Shown here in pieces: positions 6,747 through 13,922 of a stretch of 21,597 nucleotides of DNA. The DNA lies in assembly GCA_001775995.1 (NCBI GenBank), contig MEZH01000004.1:1-21597 (forward strand), read 5' to 3'. The position numbers were made by a program, and so were the translations under genes. The notes beneath the pieces were generated by a model. The model saw nothing but the letters and a program-made list of their open reading frames with translations. It was not told the origin of the DNA and did no database searches. This DNA comes from Candidatus Bathyarchaeota archaeon RBG_16_48_13 (lineage in GTDB: Archaea; Thermoproteota; Bathyarchaeia; RBG-16-48-13). The stretch's first letter is position 1. The number at the start of each line of letters is the position of its first letter.

Positions 6747-7739
6747 CTAAGGATTTCTCAGGATCTTCCTCATCTCTGAAAGCGAAATGTTCCCTTTTTC
6801 ATGGTACTTGATGTCCTTCTCTGTCCGCCCCTTCACCAATCTTATCGTCTTACCAACGATGTCCTTGACACTCTTGACGCCCTGCTCCTCCAGGATCTGG
6901 CTCATCTCGTCCCTTATCTCGCGGATCTTTTCAAAGCCGCCGGTGATGACAGAGCTCTGCAACCCTACCGCCGTCGCGCCGGCCATCATTAGCTCAAGCG
7001 CGTCCTCGCCGCTGTAGACTCCGCCTGAGCCGATCAGAGGCATATCCACCGCCTTTGCAAGCTTGTATACGCAGTACACGGACAGCGGATGCACGGGTCT
7101 CCCGCAGAGGTGCCCAGTCCCATCAGGACTTCCTATGATCGGCATGCCGGTCGAGACGTCTATCTTCATCGCCCAAGGACCATCGACAACCAATGCTGCA
7201 TCGGCTCCGGCCTTTCTCATCAGGCCTCCAACTCGTTCTATGTCGTACGCGTAGTTCAAATTGACGCAGACTGGAAGGTCGGACGTCTTCTTCACGGACG
7301 CAATGATCGCCCGCGCCTCGTCCAAGCTCATGTCCACGTAATTCGTTACAACGTGAAGCATGGCTGCACCTGCATCTGCAACCTTACCCGCCAGCTCGGT
7401 GTACTCTGCAATGGCTGACTTGGCCTTAAGGACAAAAATGCTGCCGATGATCGGAATGCCCGCCTTCTTCGCTTTAGGGAACTCCCGCTCAATCCAGTCA
7501 TCGACGCTCGATGCCGAAGCCGTGGTCGCATTAAGTATGCCCCCTCCCAAAGACGAAAGGCACGGCATCGGATCCTTGCCCCCCTTCTTCTCAATAGATC
7601 TGTTGATGACCGCTCCAGCCCCGTACTTGGCCGCCTGCAAAATGGACTCGCCATCCTGAGTCATCGGTCCGGGGGTGAGAATCAATGGATTTCGGAGTTT
7701 CAGCCCGCAAAACTCTACGGAAAGATCAACGCCCTTCAA
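6747..7739 (-). CDS. Divergent dihydroorotate/dihydropyrimidine dehydrogenase (PyrD class 1/PreA)-family protein
   Basis: LSVEFCGLKLRNPLIL, AGAVI, ILNA, PIIGSI, AGADA, IDVSTGMP, LIGSGGV and ELMMAGATAV match the family scaffold. The catalytic motifs are replaced. Confidence 0.85.
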   Translation of the reverse strand: MKGVDLSVEFCGLKLRNPLILTPGPMTQDGESILQAAKYGAGAVINRSIEKKGGKDPMPCLSSLGGGILNATTASASSVDDWIEREFPKAKKAGIPIIGSIFVLKAKSAIAEYTELAGKVADAGAAMLHVVTNYVDMSLDEARAIIASVKKTSDLPVCVNLNYAYDIERVGGLMRKAGADAALVVDGPWAMKIDVSTGMPIIGSPDGTGHLCGRPVHPLSVYCVYKLAKAVDMPLIGSGGVYSGEDALELMMAGATAVGLQSSVITGGFEKIREIRDEMSQILEEQGVKSVKDIVGKTIRLVKGRTEKDIKYHEKGNISLSEMRKILRNP

Positions 7740-7797
7740 GATTTTCCCTCAAGTCAGACAATGCTTCCTTTGATTTATAACAATTTCAAGCGGCATC

Positions 7798-7826
7798 CAA
7801 TCCCCGACGATTGTTTCAGGGGATTG
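7798..7826. repeat. Inverted repeat CAATCCCC-N13-GGGGATTG
   Basis: Perfect 8-bp arms (7798-7805 and 7819-7826) between the MFS stop and the PyrD-like promoter (TTATAAAT near 7773-7780 on the minus strand). Confidence 0.6.
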
Positions 7827-7883
7827 ATTTGGCCGACGTCAGTAACACCATCAGGCACGAAGATGGAGCCCTTCCGCGCTTCC

Positions 7884-9032
7884 TCATTTCCTCCTAACCT
7901 GAAGTATTAGGATCGAGGAGAAGGCTACGCTGCTAAGGGTGAAGAAGAGATATGGCCATGTCACCGAGATGTCAGCTATTATTCCGCCTATTTGCGATCC
8001 CAAGGCTATAGCCACTGTCAAGAAAGCGTCGAACAAGCCAATCATCATACCCCTCCTTTTCGAAGATGACTCGGCGACAAAAGACAGCGACGCTGGATAT
8101 ACTATGCCCAGGCCAACACCCAATATTATCAGGGAACACAAGAGCTGGATGTATCCGCTGAAGAAAGATATCAGCAGGACTGAGGACGAAAGGATCACAC
8201 CAAATGTGGCCAGGATTTTCTTCCCAATCCTGTAGCTTAGCCGTCCCGTTGCGAAGTTCGCTAAGATCCTAGAGGAGTTCAAAACTGCCAAGAGAAAGCC
8301 TATTTGAGCACCTGTGAAGCCTAGTATGGCTCCATACACCGGAAATATCTGAAACATGCCACCGGTTACGAGCCCGTAGGCGAAGATCGCGATGCTGGCG
8401 AAGATCAGAGAACTCTTCTCGAGATTGTCCAATTTCAAGAAGCCCTTACCACCTGAACTTGGATCATCTTTTGGTCTCGGAACGCGCTCTTTCGGTCTTG
8501 GCAAGAACAGCATTGGAATCAACGAGAACAAGCCGGCCGCGGCGAACACGAACGTTATGTTGATATCCTTTAGAAATCCCGCAAGCGCGGGTCCTATCAC
8601 CATTGCTGCGCCAAAGGTAGCGCTATATAGCCCCATCGCCTCCCCATGTCCAGACAACGGACTGCTATCAGCTATGAGTGATTCGATAGTGGGCCAATAA
8701 AACGCAGATGCCACCCCCAGAATAGCCCCTAAGAACAGGACTATCTGGGTGCTGTTTGTCCAGATCAACGCGATTGATGAGACTGCGTTGACCACCAGAC
8801 CCAGTGATAGGAGCTTCTCTCGACCAAATCTGTCTGAAAGCCTTCCCAACAACGGAGTCAAAGGTGCCTGAATGCCATAGTAAATGAGCCCTTGGAGCCC
8901 GATCTCGAACTGGGACGCGCCCAAGGCGAACATGTAGAGCGGAATCGCCAAGTAAATGAAAGAGAGAGCGATCACGAATAGGAAAACTACTAAATAGAGC
9001 CTTAGAAGGGAACGAAAGAGGCTACCACTCAT
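7884..9032 (-). CDS. MFS transporter
   Basis: Motif A GRLSDRFGR, a second-half GRLSYRIGKK, about 12 hydrophobic segments, and GPALAG. Confidence 0.92.
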   Translation of the reverse strand: MSGSLFRSLLRLYLVVFLFVIALSFIYLAIPLYMFALGASQFEIGLQGLIYYGIQAPLTPLLGRLSDRFGREKLLSLGLVVNAVSSIALIWTNSTQIVLFLGAILGVASAFYWPTIESLIADSSPLSGHGEAMGLYSATFGAAMVIGPALAGFLKDINITFVFAAAGLFSLIPMLFLPRPKERVPRPKDDPSSGGKGFLKLDNLEKSSLIFASIAIFAYGLVTGGMFQIFPVYGAILGFTGAQIGFLLAVLNSSRILANFATGRLSYRIGKKILATFGVILSSSVLLISFFSGYIQLLCSLIILGVGLGIVYPASLSFVAESSSKRRGMMIGLFDAFLTVAIALGSQIGGIIADISVTWPYLFFTLSSVAFSSILILQVRRK

Positions 9033-9058
9033 AGGGGAACGAATAGGTTGTATGCCCC

Positions 9059-9066
9059 TTTAAAAA
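9059..9066 (-). promoter_or_regulatory. TATA box of a probably leaderless MFS transcript, next to T-runs ending ECF operon 2
   Basis: Minus strand TTTTTAAA ends 27 nt before the ATG at 9032, and no SD is visible. Confidence 0.5.
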
Positions 9067-9100
9067 GGTTTGAAAAAGGGGGGAGCTCAGGCGGATCTGC

Positions 9101-9985
9101 CTAGGTTGGCAAGAAAGTCGGCGGCTTCGCCCATGAAGGAACCCACCACATCCAGTCTGAGGGGACGAAGTACCCCTGCCAATATATCTGGCCGTAGATC
9201 ACTAGAGCGGCGAACAGTGCCATCACTATAAGGAATATGTAGTCTACGTGAGTGAAACGAAACTCCTCGACAAAGGTCCTCTTGACTGGGGCACCGAAAG
9301 CTCTGCTCTCTATGGCGATTTCCAAGTCGTCAGATCTTCTGAGAAGGGACATGAAAAGCGGTGTCACAACAGGCACGAAGGCCTTGCGGACCTTGTCTAG
9401 ATAGCTCATCTTGTCTATGTCATGAGCCCTGAGTACCTGAGCGTCCTTTATGTCGTAATAAGTCGTGAAAATTAGGGGAGAGAATCGTACGGCTGTTGAG
9501 AAGGCGAAGTTGAATTTGTACGGGAACTTCAGCTTCTGCAAGGACACGGCTATTTGCGGGACCGACGTGGTCAGTGTCAGCAAAGGCACGCAGGAGAATA
9601 TACACACGATCCTTATGACCATCGCCAAACCGTAGGTCAAACCCTGGAAGTATATGCGCCCGAAGGGCTTGTCGACGGGCCAAAAGGGTATGTTGAATTC
9701 AAAGACCGAAATGTAGGGCCCTCCAAACATCCACAGAAGTGTCTGGGCAGCGACCCATATCGCCCCCGACGCGAGCATGATCACAAAGAGGAACTTGAAC
9801 CTGCTGAGCAATCGAGGTATTCCAGCCAAAGCCCATAATACCATGATGCTTACCAAGACTATGGCCAGGGAAAAGATGTCTCTCAGCCCAAGGGTCACGA
9901 AAATGATGTAAAGGGAGAAAAATACTTTCGTAATGGGGTTCAGCCTATGGATCGGCGAGTTACCCGCTACATATTCTATGGCCAT
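9101..9985 (-). CDS. ecfT: ECF transporter T component (copy 2)
   Basis: HRLNPITK, AVRFSP, VLRAH and ESRAFGAPVKRTFV. The last block is identical to copy 1. Confidence 0.92.
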   Translation of the reverse strand: MAIEYVAGNSPIHRLNPITKVFFSLYIIFVTLGLRDIFSLAIVLVSIMVLWALAGIPRLLSRFKFLFVIMLASGAIWVAAQTLLWMFGGPYISVFEFNIPFWPVDKPFGRIYFQGLTYGLAMVIRIVCIFSCVPLLTLTTSVPQIAVSLQKLKFPYKFNFAFSTAVRFSPLIFTTYYDIKDAQVLRAHDIDKMSYLDKVRKAFVPVVTPLFMSLLRRSDDLEIAIESRAFGAPVKRTFVEEFRFTHVDYIFLIVMALFAALVIYGQIYWQGYFVPSDWMWWVPSWAKPPTFLPT

Positions 9986-9992
9986 TTCTCTC

Positions 9993-11717
9993 TCACTTCC
10001 TGAAACTCAACGATTCTTTAAACTCATCTACAGTAATAATATCTTTGTGGACACCTTGCTTCTCAAGGGCTTGCGCAAGCTGACCTATCTGCGGCGGCTT
10101 CAGGTATGTCGTTTGGAGGACATCCGGCTTCTCAAAGACCTCGTGCGTCGGTCCGTCCAATATAACCTCACCGTTGCCTAGAACGATCGTCCGGTGGGAA
10201 TACCTCGTCACCAATTCCATGTCGTGAGTGATCATCACGACGGCATTTCCGCGTTCATTCAAGTTCTTGGCTATCTCAACTATGTCGTACCGCCCCTGGA
10301 AATCTTGCCCTGTGGTCGGTTCATCTAGTATGAATACGCTAGGCTTCATCGCGTATATCGCAGCCACCGCCAGTTTCCGTCTGTCTCCAAAACTGAGTCT
10401 GAACGGATAGGCCTTTCTCATTTTCTCCAAGCCAACCAGCTTGAGGGCTTCATCAACTCTTTTGTCGACCTCTTCTTTGCTAAGTCCGAGGTTTGTGGGG
10501 CCGAAGGCCACCTCCTCTTCCGCGGACTGCGCAAACAGCTGATGATCAGGGTTCTGAAGCACCAGCCCGATGTTTCTCGAAAGCTGGGCAGCAGTCTTTT
10601 TCTTTGTATCTTCACCTAGGACCACGACGTTGCCCTTTGTGGGCTTAAGCAGCCCCACGAAGTGCTTGACCAACGTGGTCTTTCCGGCGCCGTTCTGGCC
10701 TATGAGGGCGACGAACTCACCTTCATATATCTTGAGACTGATGTTCTTTAGCGCCACAAAGTCCGGCGGATATGTGTGCCACATCTCGCGTGTCTCGAGG
10801 ACCACTTTGTCCGAATGTGAGGACTCAGCCCTGTTGATCATGTACCCCTTCTTCTCATGGATCTTCTTCTCCTCGAAGAGCTTCGACAGCGCGGATATGC
10901 CCTCTTCAAGGGTTACCGGGAACTCTTTGGCCTTCTCGTGTTTGTTGATCCAGTGGAACAATTGGCTTACTTGAGGTAGCTTCACTTTCGACTCATTAAA
11001 CAGTTGCTCATTCTGGAATACCTCATGAGGGTTTCCGTCAGCCACGACTTTCCCTTCGTGAAGGAGTATAACCCTGTCAGCGAAATCAGCGATCTCCTCG
11101 CTCTTGTGTTCGGTCATTATGACGGTAATCCCGAATTTCTTATTGAGATCCTTCGTAACGGAGAAGACTTCGGTTGTCCCTATTGGGTCGAGCTGTGAGG
11201 TGGGTTCATCCAAGATTAATATCTTCGTCTGCATGGCTATTGCGCATGCCAAGGCGAGCCTCTGTTTCTGGCCCCCCGACAGCTGCAGGGGAGATGCCGC
11301 CTCCTTCCCGTCGAGCCTCGTGACCTTCAGGGCATAGGCGAGACGCTTGAGGATCTCCTCTCTGGGGATACCTAGATTCTCTGGACCAAAAATGACTTCA
11401 GATTTCACGCTGGGCGCAAGGAGCTGGGATTCCGGATCCTGTAAAGTGATTCCAACTTTCTGCGCCAAGTTGAAGATGGGCGTCTTCGTTGTCTGCAGCC
11501 CATCGATGATGATTTTGCCTTCATACGTCCCATTGATGAGGGATGGAATAACGCCGTTAAGGGTCAGGCATAGAGTTGTCTTGCCGGCGCCGTTCGCGCC
11601 CATGACTACGACGAATTCGCCCTCGTTTATCGCGATGTTGACGTTATCGAGAGCCTTCCTCTCCCCCGACGGATAGGTAAATGAAAGATTTTCTATTGTA
11701 ACTATGGGCTCAGCCAT
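9993..11717 (-). CDS. ECF transporter fused double ATPase, copy 2
   Basis: GANGAGKT / LSGGQKQR / LILDEPT and GQNGAGKT / LSFGDRRK / FILDEPT. Confidence 0.95.
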   Translation of the reverse strand: MAEPIVTIENLSFTYPSGERKALDNVNIAINEGEFVVVMGANGAGKTTLCLTLNGVIPSLINGTYEGKIIIDGLQTTKTPIFNLAQKVGITLQDPESQLLAPSVKSEVIFGPENLGIPREEILKRLAYALKVTRLDGKEAASPLQLSGGQKQRLALACAIAMQTKILILDEPTSQLDPIGTTEVFSVTKDLNKKFGITVIMTEHKSEEIADFADRVILLHEGKVVADGNPHEVFQNEQLFNESKVKLPQVSQLFHWINKHEKAKEFPVTLEEGISALSKLFEEKKIHEKKGYMINRAESSHSDKVVLETREMWHTYPPDFVALKNISLKIYEGEFVALIGQNGAGKTTLVKHFVGLLKPTKGNVVVLGEDTKKKTAAQLSRNIGLVLQNPDHQLFAQSAEEEVAFGPTNLGLSKEEVDKRVDEALKLVGLEKMRKAYPFRLSFGDRRKLAVAAIYAMKPSVFILDEPTTGQDFQGRYDIVEIAKNLNERGNAVVMITHDMELVTRYSHRTIVLGNGEVILDGPTHEVFEKPDVLQTTYLKPPQIGQLAQALEKQGVHKDIITVDEFKESLSFRK

Positions 11718-11735
11718 TTTACAATCAGACCTGCT

Positions 11736-11747
11736 TGAACGTCAAAT
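11736..11747 (-). promoter_or_regulatory. Conserved 12-bp element ATTTGACGTTCA upstream of ATPase 2
   Basis: Positional and sequence match to 4456-4467. Confidence 0.5.
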
Positions 11748-11805
11748 ACTCAATCTGAGTTCTAATTAGGCTTTGCGGTAACGGCAGAGCCGAGAGTTAT
11801 GATTC

Positions 11806-11819
11806 AAAAAAAGAAAAAA
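11806..11819 (-). terminator. Oligo-T terminator T6-C-T7 after S component 2
   Basis: Plus strand AAAAAAAGAAAAAA, identical to 4491-4504, about 17 nt past the stop at 11837. Confidence 0.7.
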
Positions 11820-11836
11820 GGGGTTAAATAGTGTTC

Positions 11837-12595
11837 TTACCAGACAGCTCCGGGTATTCTTCTGAGCCCGCTCTTCCTAAGCGACAGCAGCAACGGCACT
11901 CCTATTATGCCTGAGATCACCTGCAACATCACCCTCTCAAAGGGCACCGCGACACCAGATAGCACCGCGACGACGTAGGCCGGAATCGGGAAGTAGAATA
12001 GCAGCCACGTTGTCCAGCCCCACAGGTGCAATGATTGAGCGGCTATCCAGTGCAATAACATCAGGCCGAAGAACATCCTTGTCTTGTTGTCGCCCTTGAC
12101 CCAATCCGCCACTTTGCCTCTGCCAACGGTGATCAGCAGTGGGAACGATAGGCCATCGTACCAAACTGAAGCGGCCAAGAAGGGTTGTGGCAATGCACCC
12201 ATTGCAGGATATGTTGGCCAATACCACGGGGTAAGCTCGTAGAATACGATCCCAAATAGCGGTACCCACCATATCCATTTCCATTTCTTGTTCAGGATCA
12301 TGCCTGCCATGAATGCCGGTCCGATGAAGTTAGTGATCAACCCGTCGATGGTAGAGCCAGGGGCCAAGAACATACTGATCGCTCCCCCGATTGTGGCTGC
12401 AGCTGTTGCTCCCCAAGGTCCCAATAGAGCGGCCACTATGGCTATTACTGCGTAGCTCAGTGAGTGATATCCGCCACCCTCAACATAGTAGATCAGAGGT
12501 ATGATTGAACCTGCGCCTAGGAGAGCCCCCATCAATGCCACCCAAGATACTGGAGCTCCACCTATTGTAGCACTAGTTGTTTTTTCTTCACCCAT
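11837..12595 (-). CDS. Putative ECF S component 2 (about 252 aa)
   Basis: Paralog of 4530-5303, sharing GAPxSW, IIPLIYYxEGG, LGP, NxKW, HLxGW and KSGLxxIPxAVW. The likely start is ATG at 12595 after GAGGGTGA; the ORF track starts it at 12610. Confidence 0.75.
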   Translation of the reverse strand: MGEEKTTSATIGGAPVSWVALMGALLGAGSIIPLIYYVEGGGYHSLSYAVIAIVAALLGPWGATAAATIGGAISMFLAPGSTIDGLITNFIGPAFMAGMILNKKWKWIWWVPLFGIVFYELTPWYWPTYPAMGALPQPFLAASVWYDGLSFPLLITVGRGKVADWVKGDNKTRMFFGLMLLHWIAAQSLHLWGWTTWLLFYFPIPAYVVAVLSGVAVPFERVMLQVISGIIGVPLLLSLRKSGLRRIPGAVW

Positions 12596-12606
12596 TTTTT
12601 TCACCC

Positions 12607-12873
12607 TCACTCCTTTGGTTTCATCATGACGCCTGCGACGTACATCACCGCGCCAACGACTAGCGGGATAACACCCATCCAGCCATTAGCGTAAGCCATG
12701 CCCCAATGGTACTGCCAAGTCGCCGGATTCCACGGCGCACCGCCACTCCACACGTCCAGCGGCACATAAACATAGCTGCTGAACAGGACCATGGCACCCA
12801 CCGCAATCAGAAGAATACCGATCCACCGAACAATATCGTTCATCTTCCAACCAGATTTCTTAGCTTCTGCCAA
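12607..12873 (-). CDS. Small 2-TM membrane protein 2 (about 88 aa)
   Basis: Homolog of 5303-5521 (WIG, AVGA, SS, MG, VVG). The likely start is TTG at 12873 (MAEAKK, compare MAEETK) after GGAGG; the ORF track starts it at 12891. Confidence 0.8.
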   Translation of the reverse strand: MAEAKKSGWKMNDIVRWIGILLIAVGAMVLFSSYVYVPLDVWSGGAPWNPATWQYHWGMAYANGWMGVIPLVVGAVMYVAGVMMKPKE

Positions 12874-12969
12874 TTTTTCAAGTTCCTCCAACGTCTTTCT
12901 GGAGATATAAAACCAAAAACCTATTCTCGGAGCGGATTTTTTATAAAGCTTTCCGTGATAGCCATAATA

Positions 12970-12986
12970 TTGAATGATTCATTCAA
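12970..12986. promoter_or_regulatory. Perfect palindrome TTGAATGA-T-TCATTCAA, candidate operator
   Basis: Two 8-bp arms with a 1-nt spacer in the AT-rich region upstream of ECF operon 2, about 25 nt from TTTATAAA (near 12940-12947). Confidence 0.55.
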
Positions 12987-13073
12987 ATATTATTGCAAAA
13001 ATGATGAATAATTTGTTGCAAAAAATACTAATATAATACTCATTGGCGAATATATTTTCTACTTAATTCGACA

Positions 13074-13763
13074 TTATGTCCTGAATTTCTTCTGCACTTC
13101 CTCGATCCTTCCACACGTCAAGGCACCCTCTGGACAGTAATCCAGCTCGACGCACTCCGGCCCTGCGTCCTTGAAGATAGTGGGCGCCACCTCCTTGACC
13201 TGTCTCAGCATCTCCGTGGCCAGCTCCCTGATCTCCCACTGAGCTCTCTCGCAGCACCTGACCTTGAAGAAATGCTTCAACTCTCTCGCATTCATGGTCA
13301 ACAACACGTTCGTCTTAGCCGCGTTTGGCAGAACGTACCTAGCGTCCTCCAGAGGGATACCGAGGTCGATCAGCCTTCGGTACGTTCCGGATATCTTCTC
13401 CATCGCTTCGCCGAACTCCCTCGATGCCTCCTTACTCGCCTCCACGCTTATCGGCACCACGTAGTGCGCATTAGAATCATAAGGGACGTAGCGTTGACTC
13501 TGCTGTGTAAAGGAAGCAAGTCTGTGCCTCACAAGTTGATGCGTCAAGGCCCGCGAAACACCCTCCACGCTGAAAGTGAAAGTTGCATGTTCAATTATAG
13601 ATACATGACCGTAGCCCGTCACATTCTTGATGACCTTCGCAGCCTTTTTCGAGTCGATTGTCTCGAAGAGTTCTGAGGCTCCCTCCGGCCTGGTCGAGGT
13701 CAGCGCGGCCGCGGCGCAGAGCAGTTCAGGGTCTGGGGTGCAACGGAGGAGTTTCACAAGCAT
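13074..13763 (-). CDS. thyX: FAD-dependent thymidylate synthase ThyX
   Basis: Signature RHRLASFTQQSQRY, plus GHVSIIEHA, EDARYVLP, NARELKHF and AQWEIR. Confidence 0.97.
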   Translation of the reverse strand: MLVKLLRCTPDPELLCAAAALTSTRPEGASELFETIDSKKAAKVIKNVTGYGHVSIIEHATFTFSVEGVSRALTHQLVRHRLASFTQQSQRYVPYDSNAHYVVPISVEASKEASREFGEAMEKISGTYRRLIDLGIPLEDARYVLPNAAKTNVLLTMNARELKHFFKVRCCERAQWEIRELATEMLRQVKEVAPTIFKDAGPECVELDYCPEGALTCGRIEEVQKKFRT

Positions 13764-13922
13764 TCAATCAAGCCCTTCGAGAGGCGGCTATAGTCAGATC
13801 TGTTTTATAGAGAGTTTTACGGAATATAAAGATGTATTATTCGAGAAACATTCAAAAGGTATTTGAGTGCAACCAACAATTATTACAGATGCCAAGTTCG
13901 CATTACGTGAGAAGGTGTTTTA

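Noticed and set aside
781-7739. Annotating these genes as plain mch, mer and pyrD
   Set aside because: Key catalytic residues are substituted, so gene symbols were withheld.
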